In this document: in pieces, positions 1 through 11,379 of the stretch
Layout of the letters: every line of letters starts with the position of its first letter
Position numbering within the stretch: position 1 is the first letter of the stretch
Assembly (NCBI RefSeq): GCF_011386835.1
Contig: NC_088813.1
Span: 13,578,001 to 13,642,000 of the forward strand
Length of the DNA: 64,000 bases
Direction: 5' to 3'
Origin: Chrysemys picta bellii
Lineage: Eukaryota
Translations under genes and position numbers: made by a program
The notes under the pieces: generated by a model
Database searches by the model: none
Told to the model about the DNA's origin: nothing
The model's input: the letters and a program-made list of their open reading frames with translations, nothing else

Positions 1-1066
1 CCTGTTTGTCACAAACTGGGGCTAAAAGGAGGCGCTTTCCCATTCATAACCCTGGGAACGTGGCTGGTTGTAAAGTGATCACAGGGTCAGCACTGTAACA
101 TATTTACTTTCAGTTGGCTTCACAGATCTTAGGGCTAGAAGCCATAATTCTGATCCTCTCGACCAACCTCCTGCATATTGATTTCACATCCGATTCCTGC
201 ATCCAGCCTCATCTTTTGTAGCTGAAGTAGAGCAGATCTTTCAATTGATTAACGAACGACGACAACAACAAACCTGTAGAACTTATGCCCCTTTAGCAGC
301 TTTCTGCTTTCCACAGGGAAAACCCTGTTTTCATGGTTTTACTCTGCTTTGCGAGGAGGTGTAGTTGTTAGAATCTTTTATCTGATTGTGGCTTTAGTCT
401 AGGACACAGATCTGGCCAAGTAAATACCATTATGTGCTATAGGAGGTGATCTGAAAGGCACTGCGGTTACCCCAACCTACAAGCCTGGTGAGCTGGCTAG
501 AGGAGGGTCTGGGTTGAATTCTTGTACACGTGTTCTACAAGGAAATCAGTGAATCCGGCCCCCTTTGCATCCAGTAAGCTACTGCACCACCCACCAGTTG
601 GTGGGGAAGATGAAGAGTGGGTAGTCTGTGAAACGCTGGCAGCTGACCCTCCAAGTGAATGAGGCAAGAGGGAAAGTCCCCTGCCTTGGAGTAGTTCTGG
701 AGAGACCAGCCTCCCCTAGGAACCCACCTCCTACTCAACCTTTTATTTTAGTTTAATGCATCCAGTAGGGAAACCTGAAATGTGTTTTGTTAGGAATGAA
801 AAGTTTGTGGCAAGTCACCGATCCTCCCCTGATGAGATAATGTAGAAGACGATGTGAGAAGATTCTCATAGTACTTCTCAGGTAAGTTTTCCCCTCCAGA
901 GGGTTTTTCTGCATAAGGGAAAAAGTAGGCCCTAAGTAAAGCAGTGGAGATATTTGGTAGTATGCACAGTTAAGTGCGCCAATACCTTGATGCCTGGCAA
1001 ACTACAAGACGACTAGTTCAAACCGGAATTATTTTGGGGAAGTTCTCTAGCCTGTTACAGAGAAGG

Positions 1067-1731
1067 TCATAGATTCTAAGGCCAGAAGGGACCATTGTGA
1101 TCATCTAGTCTGACTTCCTGTATGGTACAGGCCAGAGAACTTCCCCAAAATAATTCCTAGAGCAGAGCTTTCAGAAAACATCCAATCTTGATTTAAAAAT
1201 TGTCAGTGATGGAGAATCCACCGTGACCCTGGGTAAATTGTGCCAACGGTTCATTACTCTCTCTGTTAAAAATGTATGCCTTATTTCCAGTCTAAATTTG
1301 TCTAGCTTCAACTTCCAGCCGTTGGATCATGTTAGACCTTTCTCGGATAGACTGAAGGAGCCCATTATTATTAAATATTTGCTCCCCATATAGGTACTTA
1401 TAGACTGTGATCAAGTCACCTCTTAACCTTCTTTTTGTTAAACTAACTGGATTGTGCTCTTAGTCTATCACTAGGCAGGTTTTCTAATGATTTAATCATT
1501 CTCATGGCTGTTCTCTGAACCCTCTCCAATTTATCAACATCCTTCTGGAATTGTGGGCATCAGACCTGGACACAGCATTCCAGCCACGGTTACACTAGTG
1601 CCAAATACAAAGGTAAAATAACTTCCCTACTTTTACTCGAGAGTCCCCTGTTTATGCATCCCAGGATCACATCAGCTCTTTCGGCCACAGCATCACACTG
1701 GGAGCTCATGTTCAGCAGATTATCCCCCCAT
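1067..1731 (-). mobile_element. CR1 LINE 3' fragment in TSSK3 intron
   Basis: Begins tcatagattctaaggccagaagggaccattgtgatcatctagtc, the reverse complement of a typical reptile CR1 3' end, followed by CR1 ORF2-like sequence. Confidence 0.8.
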
Positions 1732-1825
1732 GACTGGATGATCAGAGTGGTCCCTTGTGGCCTTAGAGTCTATAAATATTCCTCAACCATCTAACCCAGA
1801 ATCGTCTCCCAGAGCTGCCTCTTAC

Positions 1826-1970
1826 CTTCCGGGCCCCCCATCTTATCAATAATTTTAACTGCCACTTTCTGCTGGTGCTTTTTTGAGAAGGCCTCTTTCA
1901 CTTTTGAGTACGTCCCCTCCCCAATGGTCTTGCCCAGCTGGTAGCCATTGGAGAATAAAAACTCCTCCAT
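1826..1970 (-). CDS. TSSK3: Testis-specific serine/threonine kinase 3, coding exon 1 (exon 2 is outside the window to the left)
   Basis: Translates MEEFLFSNGYQLGKTIGEGTYSKVKEAFSKKHQQKVAVKIIDKMGGPE, near-identical to the recalled human TSSK3 N-terminus (Gly-rich loop, VAIK-type lysine). 145 nt ending at donor G|GTAAG (minus strand, GT at 1825-1824). Confidence 0.93.
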
Positions 1971-2028
1971 CTCCTCTCTGAATTTTGGACTGGTCATTCT
2001 CTCAGGTCATCCTGTAGATGCTGGGAGA

Positions 2029-2226
2029 TGACATCTCTGTGCTCTGCTTCTCTCCCTAACCAGGGCCTGCAAGAGTTGCAGCCCTGGACGCTAGATCATT
2101 TTCCTGCCTAGACAAAGTCCCGTGATGACGGGGGCAGCTGGGGCGGGACATTTTAAAACTTTCAGCCCCTATTATGATGTAACCTTGTGTTGCATGGGTC
2201 AAAGGGGTTGGATTTGCACCAATCAG
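2029..2226 (-). promoter_or_regulatory. Putative TSSK3 proximal promoter
   Basis: Within ~250 bp of the ATG: TGACAT (2029), half-CRE TGACG (2126-2130), GC box GGGGCGGG (2140-2147), CCAATCAG (2219-2226). Confidence 0.4.
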
Positions 2227-2594
2227 GGGGCAAGCACCCCAAATGGGCAGTTACTTAACCTGCCCACAACCCTGCACTGAGTCACTCCAGGCACAGCGAT
2301 GGGATAAATCTCCAGAGACCTATTGGTGGGGATCGTGGGTAAGGGGCTTCTATAGCCGAGCGCTACACAGGCTTTGGCATAACGAACAGACCCCAAATAT
2401 TCCCCAGCCTGCTGCAGTATGATCACTAACTGTGCAGATCTGACCAAGTTTTCAAGGCTGGATCCAAGTGAATTTGAGGGTGGGGGAGGGAGGATCCAGA
2501 CCAGCCCTCAAATGAATACAAGGGCTGGGATGTCTGTTGTTTGTATTACATAGTGCTTAACAAAACTACCTAGCTCTCATCTAGCAGCTTTCAC

Positions 2595-2735
2595 CCATAG
2601 ATCTCAAAGCACTTTACAAAGGTCAGTACAATTAACCTCATTTTACAGATGGGGGAAACTGAGGCAGAAAGAGGCAAGTGACTTGTCCAAGGTCACCCAG
2701 TGGCAGAGCCAAGAATTTAACTCAGGCCTTCTGAG
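2595..2735 (-). mobile_element. MIR-like CORE-SINE fragment
   Basis: cattttacagatgggggaaactgaggcag...aagtgacttgtccaaggtcac is the reverse complement of the MIR core. Confidence 0.65.
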
Positions 2736-3745
2736 ACACAGTCCAGTGCTCCAGCCCATAGGCAACACTGCTTCCTTTCTCTAGGGATCCTTTGTCCTGG
2801 GCATTGCACAGACATGGAACAAGTGACAGTCCCTGTCTCAAAGAGCTCACAGTCTGAGTTTGATCAGATGGACCTGGTTGGTCAAACAAATTGGCAGGAT
2901 GGCTTTATTTGTTTAGTTTCAGTTTCCAGGACAGGGTAAGAGTCCAGGGTGAGGGGCTACCCCAGATCCCGCTCTAAACCCCACATTGTATCCCCACGGG
3001 GATCAGCTTCCAGGAGGGAGCAAAGATCAACCCCAGATACATCTCTGATCTGGGCACGGTCAAGGAAGGGTCCTCCTCGTCATGAGACCCAGAGCTTTTG
3101 GGGAAACCTGGGGCCAGCAGAGGCAGTTCCTCTGTTCACCTTCACAGCACGGTGGGGCTTTGACCCAAGACTAGCCCTAGATGTGAACTAGGTCAGTCTT
3201 TTGTGCTGCCGCCCCTCATGTTGACCAGTTGTCTCATGGTTTCCTTGTGCTCCCCTATCGGTCATGTCTCGTGTTTATACTTAGATTGCAAGCTCGGTGA
3301 GGCAGGGCCTAGCTTTTTGTTCTGTATTTGTACAGCGCCTCGCACAGGGTCCAGGACTGGGGCTCCTAGCTGCCACTGCAGTCCAAATAATAAATCGTAA
3401 GCAAGAAGGCCTGAGCCTGAGTCTCGTGCCCGGCAGAAGGGAGAAGGTCGTACCCTGCCACTCACGGGTTGTATTGTGATGTCAGAGCAGCCCTTCCGTG
3501 TCACAATGTAACAGCCTCCGTGCCTCCCACTGGCCCCCATCACATCTTGCCCTTTGCACTAGGCACTGCAGGCTGCCAGGTTTATTCCTGGGAACCCTCT
3601 TGAGCTTTCAAGAAGTGAGCCTAGGCCAGAGAAGGGTGTGGCAGCTTGGGGCAGGGGTGGGCCTGAAATCGTGAGCTCACCCTGCCCGGTCACACAGGTT
3701 CTGACCTTGGTCCTTCTTTTACTCAGACAGGTCTGGGGCTAGGAC

Positions 3746-3864
3746 ATGAGCTCCCAGGAGACCCCACAAGCTCGGAGATTCCCCATAGAGGCAGGAGATT
3801 CTCCCAGCCTGGCAGCTGCTCCAGAGACCCAAGAGCCAGTTGCCACTGAGCACACTGCAGCAAG
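3746..3864 (+). CDS. FAM229A: FAM229A first coding exon
   Basis: MSSQETPQARRFPIEAGDSPSLAAAPETQEPVATEHTAA(R) carries the FAM229 RRFPIEAGDS motif. Acceptor tttactcag| at 3726, donor AG|GTAAGG at 3865. Not in the ORF track (too short). Confidence 0.88.
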
Positions 3865-6439
3865 GTAAGGGCAGCTGCAGCAGCTGTCATTGCTGTGAGT
3901 CAGCTGGTGCCCAGTGCTTGAGAGGAAGGCATACAGCCTCCAGAGCCATACAGAGGGGAGTGGGGTGCTTACTTCCTGACCCCAGTTAGCAATCACGTTC
4001 GGCCCTGAAGCATGAGAATGGATGCACTTCCTAAACCTTCCTCTTGATGCTGTAATGGCAGCTGGCGTGCTTAGATGTTGCTATGAACGGCCCCCCCCTT
4101 TGGGATGGTCTGGCCCCCCTGCTTCCATGTCTTACAGCAGCAAATTCCCCCAGGAAAGTGACGCTTTCAAGGCTTAGAAGTAGGAGTGTTGCCCTTCTAA
4201 TTTTCCCAAGTTCCCCCTTTGTGCCTGTTTTACAGGGCAGAGTGAATAGGAGCCATGGTCCCTTCTCTCCCCCTTTCGCTAATCTCTGCACCTCCTCCAG
4301 GTCTCCCCGCCGCTTCTTGCCACGCTGCGTCCCTGCCAGGGCCGGCTCACCAGCCCATTCCACTCAGAACACGCTGGGCTTCTGTAAAGGGCCAGGGATG
4401 AGCCCAGAGGGCCGAGGCCTCGCAAAGCCAGTGGAACTGCACCCCTTTTTCTCCAGGCCCACCCTCGCCTGTGATCTCTACAAATCAGGCTTTGGGGGAC
4501 AATGAAAGCCGCTGCCCTAGTCATCCCGCCCCAGATCAGTGTCACAGCGAGTTCCACGCCCTGTGCCCAAGGGAAAGGGAAGGAAACCTGCCTCCCCCAA
4601 CACCTGCTCCCTGTGGGGTTAGGATGGCTGTCAGCTGGCTAAACCATTCCGGGCGGCACCAGAAGCTGGGGCTGTCGCACGGCCTGGCTTGGAACATGCA
4701 GCCGGACTCGGACCCTGTTGGTTGGAAGAGTTTGTTGGCATCTGATTTGGCCCCAGGGACGACTTTAGGCAACTGTGGGCTGAATCCTGTACAATGGGAC
4801 TGAGGCAGGGCCCCAAGGAAAGTCAAAATGAGGAAACTGGTTTGCTGCCTCCCCTCCATCAGAGAGCGAAGGCTGTGGGTCAGACACTTCTATTGAGGCC
4901 AAGTAATTAACTCCAAGCCAGATCTCCCTGGGCTGTAACAGGGCTGTACCCTCTAGCGCTCCCTATGGGCGCAAGCCTTGTACCTCAAGTTTTGCTTGCT
5001 TGCTGCTGCACTTCATTCTGATGCAATGTCTCGCCCTGCCTCTCCCCTTGTCATAGCTGATCAGACAAGGGCAAAATCAAACCCACCCCCTGCCGTAACT
5101 GGCGCCTCTGGGGAAATCAGGGCTACAATACACTGGCCTCTCTAGGCTGCAGCAAGTGGAGAGATGCAAGGAGGAGCAGGCTCAAGATGCTCTGCTAGAG
5201 CGAGGAGCAGAGCGGGGGACAAATCTAGTGAGGGGGGGGGGGTCCGTGGGCCAGAAGGTCCGTTTAGAAAGAGCTGGGTGCAGAACCGATTTTCTGGTTT
5301 GCTGGTAATTCCACAAAGTACAAAACAAACTGTTTTGGGTCAAACAAGAAGTTTTGTTTTGATATTGGCCCTGTTTTACCAGTTGTGATTGTTTTTTAAA
5401 TAAAGTTACAGGACATTTTGAAGTGAAAAGTGGTTTCAAACTGAAAAGTTTAAACCTTTTCATTTAGAAAATGTCAAAACAAAACGGCTGGGTTTATCTG
5501 AAATTGTTTAGATTTCTGCCCACCCAGGCAACGGGGTGAAATCCACAGGGAGTCACAAAATAATTCAATGTCATGGAAGCGGCATTTAGCACCAAAAAAA
5601 TGTGCAATTTTTTGCCCGGCTCGGTCTATAAACCTAACAGACTGGTTGTGAATGGAACCCTCTTCTCTAGTGGTCAGGTCTTTAATCACCGGATAACGAC
5701 CAATGCTGTAATTAGCACCCCATCTCTATGGAAACAGGCTGTTCCACCTGTACCCTTAACACATCTGTGGCTCTGCTGTGCACTTTGCCTCTTACTAGCT
5801 TAGAACATTGAGGACATGGCCCAGGTTGGGCATTTCTGGACTGAGGGCCCTCACCATGCTGAGATCGCTGCCTGGAAGAGACTCTCTCATTACTGCCAAG
5901 CGCCGGCCTCCTCCCACTTATTGCCAACCATCAGGGCTTGGCTGCGACCCCTTGGTCATTATCTCTTCAGGCACATGGTCTCTGTGCAGGACCTGCATCC
6001 CATCTAGGGCTGACTTCTGCATTGAGGGCCCTTGTTAAGGGGAGCATTTGGGACGGGGTGGGAGGGTTGTCCTTTTTTTGCCAGAAGATTCCTAAGGCAG
6101 AAAATTCCAGAGTGGCCATCAATTCCAGCTCCAGGCTGCTAGCAGCTGACAGAGAAGCTGGATATGGTGTGGGGGGGAAATGTATCCCCCTAAATCTTCC
6201 CTCCCTGCATAAAGTCGGAGGAGGACAAGAGCTCTGAAGGACCCTTTGTGGGGTATGTTCAACTAGCCAGATGGGTTCTGATCCCTGGGCAGCTGGCCGA
6301 GGGCTCTGGGGATCTGCACCCCTCATGGTAGTGAATAAGCCACTATTGGACCATGCACCTGTGACGCTGAGGGGCTCAATCTGTGGCTTTGCACAACCCT
6401 CCTGGGCAACTGGACTAACCCCTCTCTCTCGTTGTGCAG

Positions 6440-6542
6440 GCAGCTGAGAAGATGCCCCGGGTGCCACTGCCTGACCCTGCCCAACGTTCCTATTGACGTT
6501 TACATTGCCATGGGCGGGAACGGGAGGCCACGGACCACCTAA
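6440..6542 (+). CDS. FAM229A: FAM229A last coding exon
   Basis: (R)QLRRCPGCHCLTLPNVPIDVYIAMGGNGRPRTT* matches the recalled human FAM229A C-terminus. Acceptor ctctcgttgtgcag|, phase matches the upstream exon, total 222 nt = 73 aa. Confidence 0.9.
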
Positions 6543-6656
6543 CGGTTCCCCCGAGTTGGGCTCGAGCGCTGAGACCGCCGAGCTGGTCACCCGAAACACC
6601 CTGACAGCTGGAGCACCGCAAAGGACGCCGCCACACAAAACAGTGACGCACATTTT

Positions 6657-6662
6657 AATAAA
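6657..6662 (+). terminator. FAM229A polyadenylation signal AATAAA
   Basis: AATAAA 115 nt after the stop, followed by GT/T-rich sequence. Confidence 0.6.
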
Positions 6663-9600
6663 AGGACATCTTAGAATGTTTCTGTGGGCGTCGTTCCTTT
6701 GCTGCGGCTCGGCTCGCTGTGCTGCCCCGGACTGCGCCCGGAGAGCAGGAATTCTCCCGTCTTGCTATGGGATTGCATGGGCCCCCATCACTTGGAGAGG
6801 GTTCACAGCAAAACAAGCCGTTCGGGCTGAGTCTGCAGAACGGGGTCACTGCATTACCCCTTAGTCCAGCAGAGGGTGCTGTGGTCCTAGCTCACTGGAG
6901 AGGGTCTTGAATGAAGCGGGTCCATGCTCTGACTAGGTGTATTCCCCTCCCTGGAGTGTCTCTCTCTCCTCCAGCACCAGCTGTGGGGTGCAAGGGAGAC
7001 CTGCCTACTCTGACTCTTAGCCTCAGGCTCCGGCTTTCTCTATTCCTGTCCAGCCGATGTGCTCTGGCTTGCCTGGCACGAGGCTCCGCAACCTAGGGGC
7101 AAGCAGAGTACATCAGCTCCTTGCTTCCCAGCGCACCCCCCCCCCACCCCCCCTCCCCTCCACCTCCAGCCGTAAGGCCGGGTTTGGCTGTGTGGCAGCA
7201 GCAGCAGCTGCCTCCTCCAACCCTGAATCTGACCCAGCTCCTAGCAGGTTGGTGAGGAGGGCCAGGGGGAGACTAACTTGGCTTTTGTTGGAGGGCCTGA
7301 TTTGGAGATGAGACACCTTTGGAGGGGTTTGATTTAGGGGAGGGAAAGAGGCTGGATGTGGGAGGAGGCTGGGGTGGGGAATGAGTGATTGGGTGCGGGA
7401 GGGGTTGATTTTGGAGAAGGGGAGCATGGATTGTGTAGGGGCCAAATAGTTGGATTGCGGGGTGAGCTGTGCCATGGGGAAGCCCTCCCCAAATCATCTC
7501 CACAGGGGCACTGCCAAACTAGCTTCAGCATCCAGGGCGGGAGAGCGAGGCAGAGGGGGCCCTGGTGCTAAGTGTATGTCCTATGCAAACTGCTTCTCCC
7601 AGGCTTTTTGGTGGGTCACAGGAGGCAGATCTGGCTGCTGGTAATGGGTGGAGGTGAGAATGGGGGTAGGGAGGGGGCAGCAGCTGGGTCACACAGCCCA
7701 GCTTGTCCTGGGCAGGAGATGCGCTAGCATGGCCTTTCCCTTAAGGTGGCATGTGATGCCTGTCATGTCCTGCCTCCGAAGTCACATGACTTAGCCAAGA
7801 GGGTGCACTCTGGGTGCCATGCCTCTGTCCTTGAGAAGTTTGAGACCAAAGGGGAGAGCGGATTTGCCCCCTCTCTGGGCCCCAGCTGCTTCTCCCACAG
7901 CGCAGCATGGGTCTCCCTCCCTGCTCTGCCCTGATGCATTTGAGTAACTGCAAAGAGTTAATTAAAGGCCACCCGTGAGTGACTGGTGCAGAGAGGATCC
8001 CACTCCTCCACCCCAGGCCGGGCTTAGTGAAACACCCAGGGTTGGAGCCAGCCCAGGTGCTGGCCCAGCTGACATGGGCTTGTTTTTCCTCTAACCTTAG
8101 CTTGTATCTAATTTTATAGAAACAACCAATTGGGCACAAAGAGCAGAGCAAATCCAGCTGCCTCCGCCCAGCAGCTCGCAGGCTCCCTGCAGAATGGAGA
8201 CAGGGTCCCCTGTGATGGGCACTCCCCTCAGCCCTTGCCTTTCCCAGCTTAGAGTCACCACCGGGTTGCTCTTGGGGAGACCTTTGCCTCTGTTCTCTGG
8301 CCTCCTTTGCCTTCCCAGGCTGTGTGCACCTGAGCCGGCTGTGCAGGAAGTTGCTACCTCAGCTCCTGGAGCATTTGTAGCGGGTAACAGAACTTGCTAT
8401 GCGTCACTTTCACAGAGAGGCAGGAAAGTGGGTGGTCACCGGCTTTCCTCCGGCCCTACCAGCCTGGAACTAACACTGATCTTCTGTGCTCGGCCACAAC
8501 AAAACTTTGCTTTTAAGCCCCGGGTTAGTCCAATCAGCTGTGAGAGTTCACCGTGTTCTGGGCTCCCCTAATGGATGACTGGCCACAGTCCAGGCTGGCT
8601 CTGGGCATGTCTGTGGCATTTCCACTCTACGACCTTCTATAGAGCTATGCCCTGCGACGGCTGCCCTGCGACACTTAGGAACGGAACTTCTCCCTTCCTG
8701 CCAAATGTGAAATCTTTATTTTTGTTCTTCGCGCCCCTGAACAAGCTGGTTTTGGAAAATGGTTGAAGCAAACGTGTACCTGGGACGTGTCTTTGCTTTA
8801 ATCCAGGGCTAGCCAGTGGCTGGGATTTTAATGTTTAATCTTCAATACACAAGGAGGGGGGGGGTCGGCTTTGCTCCGGCCTTGCACATGGGTTAGACCC
8901 TTACAGCTGTGCAAAATGGGTGTAACTAGCATTCTGATTTGAAAGCAGTTAAGTGACATATTCCAGGTGAAAGGCAGGGGGGAATCAGGACCCTGGACAA
9001 CCCGCTGTACTTGACCTAAGAAGCCTTCTGTGAAGATAATAAACAGAAGTGACATAAGTAAACTGTACATTCGGAATTACCAAACCATTCTTCTCAAGGA
9101 ACAATAATAGTTTCTCAGTGTTTTTGGGTGAGGCTTTGCTCCTGTTCCTCTAATTCCTTCACTGCCATTCCCACCCTTTGTCCATTGATCAGCAGGTTAT
9201 TTAACTGGGGACCTCTCTGTGTGTTTGCATTGTGATAAGAACAGGCTGCTTGGTCTTCACGGTCTGAGGAAAGAGGTGAGTAAGAAGAGAGACCAATCAG
9301 CCCCCAGCTCACAGAAGATTGACCAGCCAGAGCTTCATGGGAGGGGATGTTGACTTGTGCTCCAGTGTACTGGTAAAGTTTGCTGGAGCATGTGAGGCTA
9401 GCTTCCAAGCTGGGATGTGTATCTGACCAGTTCTGCAGGGCCTGGCTTGCGTACAGTACAGCCAGACGATGTCACTGAGGTGGGGCTGGGGATGTCAGGC
9501 TGTCCCAGGAACCGTAAACTCATCCTCTGAGACAACCAGACTGTCACTGATTAAGGATGTTTGGCCAGTGGAACTCTAGGGTGTTATCACTGCATAGAGA

Positions 9601-10494
9601 TCATGCTCCTCTCTAAGCAAAGGAGGATGCAAAAACCTGGAGTGACTAGATGGCACCTGGGCCCCCTGCCCTTCTCCTTCCATGTCTAATAGAGCTGGAG
9701 GAAGGATCACCTTACTGCTGATTTCTCAAGGGGCAGGAGAGGGAAGTGCCCCCAGCAATCCTATGAGTGGGAGGTACATGTGGGTTGGATGTGACTTATC
9801 CTTGGCGGAGCGATGACAAAGCCCTTCCTTGGGAGTGGCCGAGCAGCCAGGGCTGGAGAGAGGGACTGATAGGCAGTGGAAGGGTGCAAGCAGCAGCTGT
9901 CTCTCATCAACGGGGAAGCCATCAACAAAAATGAAGGCTGCCCCTGGGACAGATTCCACGGGAAGGAGGAGAGCTTCCTCCCATGCAAGAGGAGATGGCA
10001 AAGCTGAAGCTGGATTGTCTCCTTTATGTGCACCCCCCCCATTTCTCCCCCCACACCCCTCTTCCTTTGAAGGTTAGAGGAACACCACTGGAAAGGCACT
10101 GCCTCCTCCAGCTAGGGGGAATATTCTTGGGAATAATTTTATTCTGTACCACCACCAGCAACTTCCTTTTCTCTTCACTCTATTAACAAGAGGAGAACAA
10201 ACATCAGCCATTTCCCAGGGTTCTTTCGACAGGATGCCCTAAGCGCTCTACGAAATCACTCCCACCTCCCGTAGTCAGCAGAACCCACTTAATCCTCTCC
10301 CAGCAGGCTTGATGCTGCTAGCATAACACACAGCTTTTTTTGGGGGGGGAATACCTGCAGGCTCAGTCCTGCACTCTCTCCAGCATGGAATCATACACTT
10401 AACAATACTTCCTACCACAGACAGCAAGAAAATGTCATTCGCCTGGATGTGTAAATCTCCCTTGCCCGCAGAGACAAGCAAACAGGCTTCAAAC

Positions 10495-10816
10495 ACATAA
10501 GGACATAAGATCTCTCTCCTGCCATCCACCTCCACTCTCTGACAAACGATAGCTAGGGACACCATTCCTAACCCATCCTGGCTAATAGCCATTAATGGAC
10601 TTAACCTCCATGAATGTATCCAGTTCTCTTTTAAACCCTGTTATAGTCCTAGCCTTCACAACCTCTTCAGGCAAGGAGTTCCGCAGGTTGACTGTGCGTT
10701 GTGTGAAGAAGAACCTCCTTTTATTTGTTTTAAACCTGCTGCCCATTAATTTCATTTGGTGGCCCCTAGTTTTTATATTATGGGAACAAGTAAATAACTT
10801 TTCCTTATTCACTTTC
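10495..10816 (-). mobile_element. CR1 LINE 3' fragment (end of ORF2 plus 3' UTR)
   Basis: ORF 10582..10914 (-) ends ...KTRGHQMKLMGSRFKTNKRRFFFTQRTVNLRNSLPEEVVKARTITGFKRELDTFM, the typical CR1 ORF2 C-terminus. Confidence 0.85.
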
Positions 10817-11160
10817 ACTTGCACATTTCCTAGGGCTGGGTGGGTAGTGATGCTGGAGGAACAGTTACTGGGCGCAGTCAGAATTGGAGCAGGATGGATC
10901 AGGGAATGAGTCATGGGATATGGAGCCTTTCACCTCTGGGTCCCAGCTCCAGTCTGGGCTGGGTGGCAAGTAGCAGAAAGTCGTTGCACTGAAGTCTGTT
11001 GGGACATGTGCTGCGGGACTAGCTTCGGGTGGGTGAGAGCGGCCAGGCCTAGGCTGTGCAGAGGGGGATACTGGCGCTGGAGTGAAGGGGAGGTTCTGAT
11101 TGGCCAGAATCAGCCAGCCTGGTCCAGAGGAGGAACTGGAGGAAGCAGGATGTCAGCCAA

Positions 11161-11340
11161 GGCTGGCGGGAGCAGGGGTCAGGGCCGGCGGGAGCAGGGG
11201 TTGGGACAGGGGTCAGGGCTGGCGGGAGCAGGGGTCAGGGCCGGCGGGAGCAGGGGTCGGGACAGGGGTCAGGGCTGGCGGGAGCAGGGGTCGGGACAGG
11301 GGTCAGGGCTGGCGGGAGCAGGGGTCGGGGCAGGGGGGGC
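11161..11340 (+). repeat. G-rich two-unit minisatellite upstream of KPNA6 promoter
   Basis: 22-nt unit AGGGCYGGCGGGAGCAGGGGTC (x6) interleaved with 12-nt unit GGGACAGGGGTC (x3 plus one degenerate copy). Confidence 0.9.
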
Positions 11341-11379
11341 AGGCTGGCACCCTGGGCCCTGCCACCTCCAGCAGAAGCC

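Noticed and set aside
1-1825. Absence of TSSK3 exon 2, suggesting a pseudogene
   Set aside because: Exon 1 and its donor are intact. The intron is simply longer than the 1.8 kb visible.
9196-9275. 80-nt exon-like segment with cag| acceptor, AG|GTGAGT donor and one open frame (YLTGDLSVCLHCDKNRLLGLHGLRKE)
   Set aside because: No compatible neighbouring exons or recognisable homology. Such signals occur by chance and RNA-seq would be needed.
11161-11340. Interspersed repeat units as a CRISPR-like array
   Set aside because: Eukaryotic context, no unique spacers, no cas genes. Ordinary minisatellite.
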